NCBI GenBank assembly: GCA_045652135.1
Contig: JAZRTS010000055.1
Coordinates: forward strand, 7,881-71,880
DNA length: 64,000 nt
Reading direction: 5' to 3'
DNA from: Eubacteriales bacterium
GTDB taxonomy: Bacteria; Bacillota; Clostridia; Oscillospirales; CAG-272
In this document: piece after piece, positions 46,439-57,092 of the stretch
Position numbering within the stretch: the first letter of the stretch is position 1
Layout: every line of letters begins with the position of its first letter
Notes under the pieces: model-generated
Seen by the model: only the letters and a program-made list of their open reading frames with translations
Told to the model about the DNA's origin: nothing
Databases searched by the model: none
Translations under genes and position numbers: made by a program

Positions 46439-47854
46439 ATGGCGAATTTACCTTTTATCCCGGAATTTATAACGGTCCATCTCGGACGCCCCGATGAGTA
46501 TGCTGAAAACGTTACCGTATCATTTCCCGAATACATAAAAAACGTAGCTTCCAGTGAGCTTTATCCGACGTGGCCGGAATCGGCTCTGCGAGCCAATATT
46601 CTGGCGCAGATATCGTATGCGCTTAACCGTGTTTATACTGAATATTACAGGGCAAGCGGATACGATTTTGATATTACATCCTCAACGTCAGTTGACCAGA
46701 GCTTTGTAAGAGGCAGAGATATATTTGAAAACGTCAGCGAGATAGTTGACGATATATTCAATAATTACATTGTAAGACGCGGAAATATTGAACCGCTGTT
46801 TGCTTCTTACTGCAACGGTACGACGACAACGTGCGAGGGGCTTTCACAATGGGGGAGCGTTGACAGGGCAAACGAAGGTCTTATTCCTTATGAGATATTA
46901 CAGTATTACTATGGCGAAAATATCGACCTTGTTCAGAATGCTCCCATAGATAATATCGAGCCGTCAAATCCATTGAATCCGCTTAAACTCGGAAGCATCG
47001 GAGAGGATGTAAGGCAGGTACAGCTGAAGCTTAACAGAATAAGTAAAAACTATCCTTCGATTCCAAAAATCGTTCCCGTTTCGGGATTTTTTACGGAATC
47101 TACGGAAAATGCTGTCAAGGAATTTCAGAGGATATTCAACCTCACGGTTGACGGCATCGTCGGAAAAGCAACGTGGTATAAGATACAGTTTCTTTATAAC
47201 GGAGTCAAGCGTCTGAATGACCTTGCAGGCGAAGGTCTTGTTTATGAAGAAGTAAAAAAACAGTTTCCCGATACGCTCAGCCTTGGCGCCGAGGGAGATT
47301 ACGTTGCTATCCTTCAGTACTATTTGCGTGTTATAGGGGACTATTATAATTCCGTTCCGAAGATAGAGGTTACGAGAGTTTACGACGAAGATACGGAAAA
47401 TGCAGTTTCCGAATTTCAGTATATTTTCGGTCTCGAGCCCGACGGCATAACGGGAGAACTTACGTGGGCGGCAATATTCGATGCGTATTACGGTATCATA
47501 CAAAGCTTGCCTGCAGATATAATTTCATCAGCAACAGCACCGTTCAGCGGAAATTATCTTGCGCTCGGCTCAAGCGGAGACGAGGTTTCACGTGTTCAGG
47601 AGTATCTGAACGTTGTGGCGACGGTTTACCCGTCGATAGTTCCGCCGCCGCAGACAGGGGTTTACGCTTCACAGACAGAGGAAGCGGTCAGAGAATTCCA
47701 ACGGCTTTTCGACCTGACTGTGACGGGAATAATCGAACCGATAACGTGGGATGAGCTGACGGAACAGTACGTTCTTATAAGCGAGGGCAATTTAAGAAGC
47801 GAAGGACAGTTTGCAAACGAAGCATCAACAGCCATTGAGGAGGGCACGGTATGA
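46439..47854 (+). CDS. SpoIID/LytB-like N-terminal domain protein with three PG_binding_1 repeats
   Basis: 'ALRANILAQISYALNR' and 'DITSSTSVDQSF' resemble SpoIID. Three repeats of the form 'LxLGSxGxxVxxxQxxLN...DGIxGxxTW'. Confidence 0.78.
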   Translation: MANLPFIPEFITVHLGRPDEYAENVTVSFPEYIKNVASSELYPTWPESALRANILAQISYALNRVYTEYYRASGYDFDITSSTSVDQSFVRGRDIFENVSEIVDDIFNNYIVRRGNIEPLFASYCNGTTTTCEGLSQWGSVDRANEGLIPYEILQYYYGENIDLVQNAPIDNIEPSNPLNPLKLGSIGEDVRQVQLKLNRISKNYPSIPKIVPVSGFFTESTENAVKEFQRIFNLTVDGIVGKATWYKIQFLYNGVKRLNDLAGEGLVYEEVKKQFPDTLSLGAEGDYVAILQYYLRVIGDYYNSVPKIEVTRVYDEDTENAVSEFQYIFGLEPDGITGELTWAAIFDAYYGIIQSLPADIISSATAPFSGNYLALGSSGDEVSRVQEYLNVVATVYPSIVPPPQTGVYASQTEEAVREFQRLFDLTVTGIIEPITWDELTEQYVLISEGNLRSEGQFANEASTAIEEGTV

Positions 47855-48393
47855 ACAGTCAGAATACACCTAATTTTTTTGCATCGGCAGACCAGAAAAG
47901 CATCAACAGAGAAATACAGAATATGCTGTATTACATATCTTTTTTTGACAAGGATATTCCGCGTGTGTATCCCGATGGAATATATGGCGAGGAAACGGAG
48001 AATGCTGTACGGATATTTCAGGAGCAAAGCGGACTTGAAGCTACAGGTCGTGTTAATTATGAAACTTGGGTTCGGCTGCGTGAAAGATATCTTTCTCTGA
48101 GCGACAAGAATGCTGCGCCGATACGTATTGCGATATTTCCCTCAACTCTTTACGAAACACAAACAGGTGAAACAAGCGGCATCGTCACCGTCATACAGAT
48201 ACTGCTTGACGAGCTTTCTGAGCATCTGCCCATAGGTTCCGTTGAAAGAACGGGGGTGAACGACGAACAGACGATAGAAGCGGTAAGAAAATATCAGAAT
48301 ATAAGAAACCTTCCTTTGACCGGAATGGTTGATAAAAGAACATGGGATGCGCTTGCAACAGACTATGAGATATACGAAAAAAAATCCGAATGA
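47851..48393 (+). CDS. peptidoglycan-binding protein (two PG_binding_1 repeats)
   Basis: 'DGIYGEETENAVRIFQ' and 'EAVRKYQNIRNLPLTGMVDKRTW'. ATGA overlap with the upstream gene. Confidence 0.75.
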   Translation: MNSQNTPNFFASADQKSINREIQNMLYYISFFDKDIPRVYPDGIYGEETENAVRIFQEQSGLEATGRVNYETWVRLRERYLSLSDKNAAPIRIAIFPSTLYETQTGETSGIVTVIQILLDELSEHLPIGSVERTGVNDEQTIEAVRKYQNIRNLPLTGMVDKRTWDALATDYEIYEKKSE

Positions 48394-48455
48394 CTGTGTA
48401 TATATTCACATCATCGAACCCATAATCCATGTGATAAAGTTGTTATGAGGTGGAT

Positions 48456-50927
48456 ATGTACAATAAACTTACAAAAACGGCTGAAAGTGCGATCTCTCAT
48501 GCGGTAAAACACGCGAAAAAGATGGGGCATACGTATGTCGGAACGGAGCATTTACTCCTCGGACTTTTAAGTGAAAAAGGGTGTATTGCAGCGAAAATAC
48601 TCGTCAGCCGAGGAATAGAATCCGGTACCGTCAGCGACATGATAGAGGAAGCCGTAGGATTTGGAGAGGTTACGGATATCAGCTCTAAAGATATGAGTCC
48701 AAGAGCGAAAACCGTTATAAATAATGCCTCATGTGAGGCAATGAAATATTCGTCTCCCTGTATCGGAACAGAGCATATCCTGCTGTCATTAATGACCGAA
48801 AGCGACAGCACGGCATACCGTATAATCAGTGCTCACGGAGCAAAGCTTTCCGAACTCTATACAGATATAATGGCGTTTATAGACAGCGGAAACTCCGATA
48901 AAAATGTTTTCACTAAAGAGAAAAAAACAAAAGCATATCTTAAAGATATGCCGACGATAAAACAGTACGGAAAAAATCTTAACGAAGAAGCTCTGAAGGG
49001 CAAATTTGATCCCGTTATCGGCAGAGAAGAAGAAATGCAAAGAGTCATTCAGATACTGTCCAGACGAAACAAAAACAACCCCTGCCTTATAGGTAAGGCA
49101 GGAGTTGGAAAAACGGCTATTGCTGAGGGGCTTGCACTGAAGATAGTGAACGGAGAAGTACCGTCTGATCTTGAAAACAGGGTAATATTTTCAGTGGATA
49201 TGAGTGCGATGCTTGCCGGGGCAAAATACCGCGGTGAATTTGAGGACAGGATGAAAAACATAATAAGCGAGGTCGCGAAAAATCCCTGCGTTATTTTGTT
49301 TATCGACGAGCTTCATACGATAGTAGGTGCCGGGGCAGCTGAGGGTGCAATCGATGCGGCTAACATTCTGAAGCCTGCCTTGGCAAGAGGAGAAATGCAG
49401 ATAATAGGCGCAAGTACGCCCGATGAATACAGAAAGAGCGTTGAAAAAGATTCGGCACTTGAAAGAAGATTTCAGCCCGTGGACGTACCGGAACCGTCGA
49501 AGGAAAAGGCATACGATATTCTTTGCGGAATAAGAGAAAGATACGAACAGCATCACCGCGTTGCAATATCCGACGGAGCTATGCGCGCCGCGGTTGAGTT
49601 ATCGGAAAAATTCATAACCGACAGATGTTTTCCCGATAAAGCGATAGACCTGATCGACGAAGCATGCAGCAGAAAAAAGGTGGCTTTATTTGAATTTCCC
49701 GAGGATATCTTGAACGGCGAAAAAGAGCTTAAAAAGCTTTCTGAAGAAAAGGAAAGCGCAATAAGGAATCAAGAATTCGACCGAGCGTGCAGGATACGCG
49801 AAAAAGAAAAGAAACTGTTAAATATACTGAATGAAAAAAAGAATACGGTTTTGCGTGAAAGAGAAAGCGGAAATTTAACGGTAACTCCCGACGATATTGC
49901 AAGCGTTATCACGGGAATAACTAAAATACCTACGGGCAGATTGCTTGAGGGCGAGGGCGAATTTTTACGCACTCTGGAAGAAAAGCTTAACGAAAAAATA
50001 ATAGGGCAAAGCGATGCTGTTGCGTCTGTTTGCCGTGCTGTTATGCGCGCCAGAGTGGGAATTAAAGATCCGTCAAGACCGTGCTCGTTTATTTTCAGCG
50101 GACCTACGGGTGTCGGTAAAACGATGTTGTGTCGTGAGCTTGCACGGCTAATGTTTTCAAATGACCGTTCGTATATCAAGCTTGATATGAGCGAGTACAT
50201 GGAAAGTCATTCCGTTTCCCGTATGATAGGTGCGCCACCGGGATATTCCGGCTACGAGGAGGGCGGCAGACTCACCGAAGCGGTACGCAGACAGCCGTAT
50301 TCCGTCGTCGTTTTTGACGAGATAGAAAAGGCGCACAAGGATGTTTTCAATATACTTCTGCAGATACTCGACGAGGGCCGTCTGACCGACGGATGCGGTG
50401 CCGAAGTGAGCTTTAAAAACTGTATAGTCATAATGACATCTAACGTTGGTTTTGAGAATCTCGGCAGAGAAATAAACTTCGGTTTTTTGTCGGAAAAAAG
50501 CAATAAAACGGATGAAAAATCTCTTAATGAAAAAACGAACTCGGCTTTGAAAAAACTGTTTACATCGGAGCTTCTGAACCGAGTTGATGAGACTGTTGTG
50601 TTTCGCTTTCTGACACGCGATGACGGAAGGAAAATTGCAGAAAAAATGCTTTACGAACTTCAGAAAAGATGCACTGAAGCAGGATGTTTTCTCAGCTTTT
50701 CCCCCGACGTGAGTTCGTATATAGCCGATATGGGGTGCGGCAGAGAATACGGAGCGAGAAATCTGCGCCGTGTGATAAGAAAACAGATCGAGGATGTCAT
50801 ATCTTTCAAACTTCTGAATGAAAAAATAAACGGTAACTGCAAACTTAACGTTGACGTTACGGACGGCGAACTCGTTTTTTTGGGGGACACCGAATCAGAC
50901 CTGGCAATAAGTTCATTAAAATATTAA
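48456..50927 (+). CDS. clpC: ATP-dependent Clp protease ATP-binding subunit ClpC
   Basis: Two Clp_N repeats, Walker A motifs 'GKAGVGKT' and 'GPTGVGKT', and a UVR-like linker. ATG 48456 lies 5 nt after GAGG. Confidence 0.9.
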   Translation: MYNKLTKTAESAISHAVKHAKKMGHTYVGTEHLLLGLLSEKGCIAAKILVSRGIESGTVSDMIEEAVGFGEVTDISSKDMSPRAKTVINNASCEAMKYSSPCIGTEHILLSLMTESDSTAYRIISAHGAKLSELYTDIMAFIDSGNSDKNVFTKEKKTKAYLKDMPTIKQYGKNLNEEALKGKFDPVIGREEEMQRVIQILSRRNKNNPCLIGKAGVGKTAIAEGLALKIVNGEVPSDLENRVIFSVDMSAMLAGAKYRGEFEDRMKNIISEVAKNPCVILFIDELHTIVGAGAAEGAIDAANILKPALARGEMQIIGASTPDEYRKSVEKDSALERRFQPVDVPEPSKEKAYDILCGIRERYEQHHRVAISDGAMRAAVELSEKFITDRCFPDKAIDLIDEACSRKKVALFEFPEDILNGEKELKKLSEEKESAIRNQEFDRACRIREKEKKLLNILNEKKNTVLRERESGNLTVTPDDIASVITGITKIPTGRLLEGEGEFLRTLEEKLNEKIIGQSDAVASVCRAVMRARVGIKDPSRPCSFIFSGPTGVGKTMLCRELARLMFSNDRSYIKLDMSEYMESHSVSRMIGAPPGYSGYEEGGRLTEAVRRQPYSVVVFDEIEKAHKDVFNILLQILDEGRLTDGCGAEVSFKNCIVIMTSNVGFENLGREINFGFLSEKSNKTDEKSLNEKTNSALKKLFTSELLNRVDETVVFRFLTRDDGRKIAEKMLYELQKRCTEAGCFLSFSPDVSSYIADMGCGREYGARNLRRVIRKQIEDVISFKLLNEKINGNCKLNVDVTDGELVFLGDTESDLAISSLKY

Positions 50928-50936
50928 AATTACGGG

Positions 50937-50965
50937 TTGACTATTTCATTCGGTGATGGTATAAT
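50937..50965 (+). promoter_or_regulatory. consensus sigma-A promoter
   Basis: TTGACT-17 nt-TATAAT with a TGG extended -10. Confidence 0.7.
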
Positions 50966-50994
50966 TAATAAAAAATCTAAGGAGGATAAATGAA

Positions 50995-51195
50995 ATGAAG
51001 GTTACTAAAGAATCGATCATAGGCGATATTCTTGATTTTGATCCCGGTACGGCTGAATTCTTTTTTGAAATAGGAATGCACTGCCTTGGATGTCCCCACT
51101 CGAGAGGCGAATCCGTTGAAGATGCATGCGCCGCACACGGCACAGATGCAGATGCTCTTATCGCAAAGATAAATGCATATCTTGAAAACAAATAA
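50995..51195 (+). CDS. DUF1858 / hybrid-cluster-protein-associated redox disulfide domain protein
   Basis: 66 aa with 'GMHCLGCP'. AGGAGG RBS. Confidence 0.8.
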   Translation: MKVTKESIIGDILDFDPGTAEFFFEIGMHCLGCPHSRGESVEDACAAHGTDADALIAKINAYLENK

Positions 51196-51208
51196 GAACT
51201 GATGCAAA

Positions 51209-51247
51209 ACGGGCTTTCACCGATAAAGTGAAAGCCCGTGAGTTTTT
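51209..51247. terminator. terminator between convergent genes
   Basis: 12-bp stem ACGGGCTTTCAC/GTGAAAGCCCGT followed by GAGTTTTT. Confidence 0.75.
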
Positions 51248-51818
51248 ATAGCATGGAGCTGTCTTTTTTTATGCCGTTTATGGCATTTGTGAGCATTTTT
51301 TTGTGCGTATCGGGGAATGTTTTGTACAGATTTCTGCATAGTCCGTCACTGTATATGAGTTTGATCGTTTTATAAGATGTTTCAATTTTATCAACGTGCT
51401 TGAGTTCGTGTGCATCATACATATTTCTGGTTATCAATATGTAATACGTTTTCCTCGATTCTGCAATAAGATTGCCTGTTTTCGCCTTGTATCCGAAGTA
51501 GATGAAGTTGTAATACTTGTACGAACGGACGTATGTTTTGCGGAAAATACGGTGATACCTCACGTTGTGTTCGCTGAAAGAAACGGTTACCCACCATTTG
51601 GATATGCAATACACCGTTGCCGCTACCAGAAGCACAGCCAATCCGATAAACAGCATCTGCCCTCTGAAAATATCCGTTTCTTCCGGCAGATTGATTTCTT
51701 TGTCGAGAATGAAAAACATCGCGGAAGACGCTGCAACGCCGATGATACAACACCAAATTGAACAGTAAAGAGCTATGCGATTAAGTCTGACGATAGTTTT
51801 TTTTCCTTCTTTTTTCAT
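51246..51818 (-). CDS. hypothetical membrane protein (two TM helices plus a Tyr/Lys-rich cytosolic domain)
   Basis: ORF with 'IALYCSIWCCIIGVAASSAMFFIL' and 'MLFIGLAVLLVAATVYCI'. No family recognised. Confidence 0.55.
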   Translation of the reverse strand: MKKEGKKTIVRLNRIALYCSIWCCIIGVAASSAMFFILDKEINLPEETDIFRGQMLFIGLAVLLVAATVYCISKWWVTVSFSEHNVRYHRIFRKTYVRSYKYYNFIYFGYKAKTGNLIAESRKTYYILITRNMYDAHELKHVDKIETSYKTIKLIYSDGLCRNLYKTFPDTHKKMLTNAINGIKKDSSML

Positions 51819-51980
51819 ATCCAACCGTATCCTTTGAAATATTTGCTATATTATACAACTTTTTTTTCGGTGTGTCAACACAAAATATACTTCAATGTGT
51901 TTATCCCGACGGAATATGCGTATCGCGACGGTATTTGATGGAATTCCTATATAATAATATAATTTTATTTTGAATTATAG

Positions 51981-52009
51981 TTGACTAAAGTGAAATGTTG
52001 TGCTATAAT
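51981..52009 (+). promoter_or_regulatory. consensus sigma-A promoter of the glycan locus
   Basis: TTGACT-17 nt-TATAAT with a TGC extended -10. Its position argues against the 52015 start codon. Confidence 0.7.
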
Positions 52010-52035
52010 GTTGCATGATAGGTGTGTTTTACACA

Positions 52036-52716
52036 ATGGCAAAATTTACAAATGGTGAAGATATGTACAAAAAGTTTTTTAAACGTTTATTTGATATAAT
52101 TTTTTCTCTGCTCGGAATCATTTTTCTTGCGCTTCCGATGCTGATAATAGTTCTTATTATCCGAACAAACAGCAAGGGGCGTGCGGTGTTTTCACAGACA
52201 CGTGTCGGACTTCATAAAAAGCCCTTCAAAATATATAAGTTCCGCACGATGTACATAGAAACTCCTGAAAACATTCCGTCAAGAGAGTTTGAAGATCCCG
52301 ACAGATGGATAACAAAACCCGGAAGGATACTCCGCAAGACAAGCCTTGATGAGATACCTCAGCTTTTTAACATTCTTAAAGGGGAAATGTCATTTGTCGG
52401 ACCGCGTCCGGTTATTCCGAACGAGGAAAATCTCATCGCGATGAGAGATGAAAACGGTTCAAATGCCGTTCTGCCGGGACTTACGGGCTGGGCTCAGGTC
52501 AACGGACGTGATGAACTTGAGGCTCTCCCTAAATCGAAATTTGACGGCGAATATGTAAAAGCACTGGAAAAAGGATTTTTTTCCGCTGTCGGTATGGATA
52601 TCAAGTGTATTTTTATGACCGTGAAGTCGGTAATCAAAAAAGAGGGAATACTTGATAACCACTATTACAAGGACGAAAACGAAAAGTCCAAGAAAGAAGA
52701 AACGAAAGTAAGATAA
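52036..52716 (+). CDS. small monotopic phosphoglycosyl transferase (Bac_transf; PglC/WbaP-C-terminal type)
   Basis: 'KFRTM' and 'DEIPQLFNILKGEMSFVGPRP' motifs. Start is either 52036 or 52063. Confidence 0.88.
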   Translation: MAKFTNGEDMYKKFFKRLFDIIFSLLGIIFLALPMLIIVLIIRTNSKGRAVFSQTRVGLHKKPFKIYKFRTMYIETPENIPSREFEDPDRWITKPGRILRKTSLDEIPQLFNILKGEMSFVGPRPVIPNEENLIAMRDENGSNAVLPGLTGWAQVNGRDELEALPKSKFDGEYVKALEKGFFSAVGMDIKCIFMTVKSVIKKEGILDNHYYKDENEKSKKEETKVR

Positions 52717-52778
52717 ACTCTGTGTGGTAATATACTGCACGATTTGTTCTGAAACTTGATTGATAAGGTGAACGTGTT

Positions 52779-53636
52779 ATGGATGTTACTGCGGTAATAA
52801 TAACAAAAAACGAAGAAAAAAACATTACCGATTGCATAAAATCGATTGAGGGATTCGCTGAAAGAATACTTATAATCGACAGCGGAAGCGCGGATAAAAC
52901 GTGTGAGCTGGCAAGGGAACTCGGCTGTGAGGTGCATTATCACGAATTCGAAACTCACGCCAAGCAACGCAATTGGGCAATAGATAATCTCGACATCAAA
53001 ACGAAGTGGATACTCAGACTTGATGCCGATGAAAGATTTACACCGGAATTTACGAACGAGGTGTCGCGTCTTATCAAAGAGCACGATAATGACGATGTCA
53101 ACGGTATAGCTGCCGAGGCATGGCTCTATTTTATGGGAAGACGCATAAAACACGGCTGCAGAAACAAACGTAAGATACTGCTGTTCAAAACCGGAAAGGG
53201 CAGAATAGAGGATCGCAGAGTGGACGAGCATACAGTGTTGCTTGAAGGCGTATCCGTTGAAACGAAGGAAAGATTCATACATTACGATTTCAAGGATATG
53301 AACAACTGGATAAACAAGCTCAATTGGTACGCAACGAAGGAAATGCAGGATTATCTTGAGTATACGCAGGGCAAACGCACCGATTATACAAATGAGGATG
53401 CCGCGCTTTCCGCCGTGCGCAAAAAGAAATTCGGATTTTATTACAAGCTTCCTATGTTTATAAGATGCTATATGCTGTTCGTCTATTTCTACATTTTCCG
53501 TCTTGGTTTTCTTGACGGAAAAGAGGGATTCGTATACAACTATATGTACCACAGATGGTACAGAACCCTCGTTGACAGTAAAATACTTGAATACAAAAAG
53601 AATCCCACTGCCTTTAAAGATTCTTCTTCATTCTGA
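52779..53636 (+). CDS. family 2 glycosyltransferase
   Basis: 'AVIITKNEE', 'IIDSGS' and 'RLDADE' motifs. Confidence 0.87.
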   Translation: MDVTAVIITKNEEKNITDCIKSIEGFAERILIIDSGSADKTCELARELGCEVHYHEFETHAKQRNWAIDNLDIKTKWILRLDADERFTPEFTNEVSRLIKEHDNDDVNGIAAEAWLYFMGRRIKHGCRNKRKILLFKTGKGRIEDRRVDEHTVLLEGVSVETKERFIHYDFKDMNNWINKLNWYATKEMQDYLEYTQGKRTDYTNEDAALSAVRKKKFGFYYKLPMFIRCYMLFVYFYIFRLGFLDGKEGFVYNYMYHRWYRTLVDSKILEYKKNPTAFKDSSSF

Positions 53637-53654
53637 AAGCGAACTGTATTGTAT

Positions 53655-54611
53655 ATGAATGACGTAAAGATAACTGTTATAGTCCCTTGTTACAACTGTG
53701 AAAAAACAGTTGTTGAAACGTTGGATGCACTCAACGGTTCGGCAGAGCTTATATATGAGGTCATTTGTGTCAACGACGGTTCGACCGATTCCACGTTGGA
53801 TATTTTAAATAGATACACAAAAGAAACGGCTCTCAATATAAAGATAGTTGATTCTGAAAACTGCGGCGTAAGCGTTGCAAGAAACAAGGGAATAGAAGCC
53901 GCGGGCGGCGACGTGCTTTTGTTTTTGGATGCGGATGATAAATATTCACCGCTTTTCTTTCAAAAGATACTGTCGCATTATAAAGAATACGACACGGTCT
54001 ACGGATATTTCACAAGGGATGAAAGCACTCTTGAAATTGATGTCGACGGTGAATGTGCCGTAAGTAAAGATATGATCTCGGTACAGACTGAATTTATGGT
54101 CAATAAGGAACGCTGTCATACGGCGGCTTTTTCGTATAAAAAACAGATAATCGACGAATGGCACCTTCGATTTACACCGGGTGCAAGATACGGAGAGGAT
54201 TGGGAATTTACAACGAAGTATCTGAGTTTGTGCCGTAACGCAATGTGCTTGAACAGACGTATATTTTTTTACCGTGATTCCGATGTGTCTGTAATAAAAA
54301 GTCCGACGTATGCACATGCTCACGCAATTGAGGCGGCTGTAAGAACGGAAGAGTTTTTAAATAAAAACGAAAGCGCCTTTTATCCGGAATTTTCTATATA
54401 CATGCGGCACAGAGCTGTTTTTTCGGTAGCGCACAATTTTTCAAAGTTCAAAAGAAAAGATCTGTTCGATAAACTGACAAAAGAATATCCTGTAAGACAG
54501 GCGATGAGTGCAATGCTCAAAAGTAAACATAACGGCATAAAAGTCAAGCTTGCATCACTTTCATGCCTTTTGTCAAAAAATCTGTTTTTCTATGTAGTGG
54601 GAAGAATGTAA
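53655..54611 (+). CDS. family 2 glycosyltransferase
   Basis: 'VIVPCYN', 'VNDGS' and 'LDADD' motifs. Confidence 0.87.
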   Translation: MNDVKITVIVPCYNCEKTVVETLDALNGSAELIYEVICVNDGSTDSTLDILNRYTKETALNIKIVDSENCGVSVARNKGIEAAGGDVLLFLDADDKYSPLFFQKILSHYKEYDTVYGYFTRDESTLEIDVDGECAVSKDMISVQTEFMVNKERCHTAAFSYKKQIIDEWHLRFTPGARYGEDWEFTTKYLSLCRNAMCLNRRIFFYRDSDVSVIKSPTYAHAHAIEAAVRTEEFLNKNESAFYPEFSIYMRHRAVFSVAHNFSKFKRKDLFDKLTKEYPVRQAMSAMLKSKHNGIKVKLASLSCLLSKNLFFYVVGRM

Positions 54612-55834
54612 TGCTTGATATACTGTTTATTTCGAGGCTGATACCCGAGTGTATGGACAAAGATGTCCGTGATAAAATGACGAATACTATGGATGATGCC
54701 GCAATTGCGTGGCAAAATCACATAATTTCGGGTATAGAAGAAAATACGGGTGAGCCGGTAAAGCTTCTGAATTTTCTTCCCGTCAGGTCTTATCCGAGCT
54801 ACTATGCAGATATATACATCAAGCGTTCCGAGTTTTCGCATACGGACGGCGCAAAGGATATTAATCTTCCGTTTTTGAATCTGATGTTTGTCAAGCGTCT
54901 TTTTCAAGGCCGGCCGTTAAAAAAAGAAGCGAAAAAATGGGCGCGTGATAACCGTGGGAAAGTAAAGTCTGTCGTTATATATACACTGTATCCTGAATTT
55001 TTGGCAGCGGCATCTGCGGTGAAAAAGATAGATCCCGATATAAACGTAACGGCAATTGTGCTTGACTTGCCGCAATACTCCATTCTCACAAACAATATGG
55101 GGCTGCTCAACAGACTGTATCTTAAATGGAGCAAGAAAAAAGCGGACAAGCTGATAAAAAACGTGGATTCATTTGTTTTTCTGACGGAGTCTATGCGTTA
55201 TCCCCTCGGTGTTGAAAATAAACCGTACGGTATCATTGAAGGTATTTGCTCTGAAGAATTCGGTGATGATGCGCCCGCAAAAAAAGAAAATACCGTTATG
55301 TACGCAGGAACACTTCACGAAAGATTCGGTGTCATGAAGCTCGTCAGGGCATTTGAAAAGATAGAATCTTACGATATGACGCTTGTAATATGCGGATACG
55401 GTGATTCGGAAGATGCTGTAAAAGAAGCCGCAGAACGTGATGGGCGTATTGTTTTTGCAGGACAGCTCAAACGTGATGATGTAATAAAGCTTATGCTGAA
55501 TGCCTCGGTGATTGTCAATCCCCGAGGAAATAAAGAGGAGTTTACAAAGTACAGCTTCCCCTCAAAAAATCTCGAAGCACTTTCGTCGGGTGTTCCGTTT
55601 ATCGGATATAAGCTCGACGGTATCCCCGATGAATACGATGAGTTTATTAATTATCCCGCAGATGATTCTGATGATGCTTTAGCAAAATGCATTTTTGATG
55701 TATGCCGTGACGAAAACGGAGTATACACTCAAAAAGCAAGGCTTGCCAAAGATTGGGTGCGCAAAAATAAAAACAGCCGTATTCAGGCTGAAAAACTTTT
55801 AAATTTGATTTTGGAGAGTAATAGTGAACAGTAA
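54611..55834 (+). CDS. family 4 (GT-B) glycosyltransferase
   Basis: C-terminal 'FPSKNLEALSSGVPFIG' Glycos_transf_1 motif. TAATG stop/start overlap with the upstream gene. Confidence 0.83.
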   Translation: MLDILFISRLIPECMDKDVRDKMTNTMDDAAIAWQNHIISGIEENTGEPVKLLNFLPVRSYPSYYADIYIKRSEFSHTDGAKDINLPFLNLMFVKRLFQGRPLKKEAKKWARDNRGKVKSVVIYTLYPEFLAAASAVKKIDPDINVTAIVLDLPQYSILTNNMGLLNRLYLKWSKKKADKLIKNVDSFVFLTESMRYPLGVENKPYGIIEGICSEEFGDDAPAKKENTVMYAGTLHERFGVMKLVRAFEKIESYDMTLVICGYGDSEDAVKEAAERDGRIVFAGQLKRDDVIKLMLNASVIVNPRGNKEEFTKYSFPSKNLEALSSGVPFIGYKLDGIPDEYDEFINYPADDSDDALAKCIFDVCRDENGVYTQKARLAKDWVRKNKNSRIQAEKLLNLILESNSEQ

Positions 55835-57092
55835 TTCAAGACATATTAACCTGGAAAAAATTTTTCCTGTGTTTATTGTACTACTTATGCTATTCTGTTC
55901 CCACGACACGCTGTTGTTCGGAACGAATGAAAACGAAACATTTATAACTATACGTAAGATAGTTCCGTTTGTGATCGTAGCTATGACCTTCCCGTATGTT
56001 TTCTTCAACCGATTTGTAGATACGTGGAAAACATTTGGAATGATATTGCTTTTTGTTATCCCGTTTTTTTCTTGTATCGTAAATAATGAGCCTTACGATA
56101 ACTATATATACCGCGGAGTTATTATTATTTCTGCTGCATTTTTTGCGCTTGTTTTCGATTTGAAAAGATTTTTTGAAATATACAATAAGATAATGAAGTT
56201 TCTGACAGTATGGTCATGTTCTGTGTGGCTTATATCCGTACTGTTACCGAGCTTTATCAAAATGTTCCCGCTTATAAGTAATTACGAGTCCCGTGACTAT
56301 TACTTTGTAATTTTTTCAAACGTAAGTTATTTCGAAAATATTTCAAGAAACCTCGGTATATTCCGTGAACCCGGAGTGTATATTATATTTCTCGTCATCG
56401 CAATTATCGGAGAAATGCTTGTACTTGAGAACAAACGCAAAAGAATTAACATAATGCTGTATTGTTTGGGGATGTTCACAACGCTTTCAACTGCAGGTTA
56501 TATTTTGCTGTTCGTTTTGGCGGCGTATTACCTTTTAATATATCACGATTCTATAAAGGAATCGGTCATTATTCTTATTGCTATTATGCTCGGATTTTTG
56601 GTTGCGTATCAATTTGGTATGCTTGATATGGTTTTTGAAAAGTTTTCTGACGGTACTAACACGTACGGATCGTGGTTTTCACGTATGTCATCAATAACCA
56701 AGAATGTTGAAATTACGTTAGCGAATCCGGTGTTCGGCATAGGAAGATATGCTCTTTATGATCTCACTCTTGCCGTTGACGGTGTTTATACAGCCGATGC
56801 GAACACAAACACAATACTCATAGGAAGTGCGGCATACGGCGTGGCTTTCGGTATTATAACTCTGTTTTCGTGCTTGCGTTTTTCGTATTATATATGCAAA
56901 AAGAGAATTTTCTCAACGATAGTAATCTTTCTCATTCTTATTGCGGCGCTGTCGAACGAAGATATGGGACAGAATTATCTGTATTATTTGATAGTTTTCT
57001 TTGGTCTGTTCGCTTCTTTTGAAGATTTAGAAGAGAAGAGTAAAACTGAAAATGTAATGGGTGGTGCTTATGCCGAAAATAGTCTCGCTTAA
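55824..57092 (+). CDS. wzy: O-antigen/EPS polymerase (Wzy-like) membrane protein
   Basis: 422 aa, highly hydrophobic with many TM segments. GTG start preceded by GGAGAG. Call rests on position within a Wzx/Wzy locus. Confidence 0.7.
   Translation: MNSNSRHINLEKIFPVFIVLLMLFCSHDTLLFGTNENETFITIRKIVPFVIVAMTFPYVFFNRFVDTWKTFGMILLFVIPFFSCIVNNEPYDNYIYRGVIIISAAFFALVFDLKRFFEIYNKIMKFLTVWSCSVWLISVLLPSFIKMFPLISNYESRDYYFVIFSNVSYFENISRNLGIFREPGVYIIFLVIAIIGEMLVLENKRKRINIMLYCLGMFTTLSTAGYILLFVLAAYYLLIYHDSIKESVIILIAIMLGFLVAYQFGMLDMVFEKFSDGTNTYGSWFSRMSSITKNVEITLANPVFGIGRYALYDLTLAVDGVYTADANTNTILIGSAAYGVAFGIITLFSCLRFSYYICKKRIFSTIVIFLILIAALSNEDMGQNYLYYLIVFFGLFASFEDLEEKSKTENVMGGAYAENSLA

Noticed and set aside
52665-53552. 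295-aa minus-strand ORF, the longest antisense ORF in the window.
   Set aside because: It fully overlaps a GT2 gene that has clear GT-A motifs on the plus strand. The antisense translation has no recognisable motif and its composition is typical of the reverse frame.
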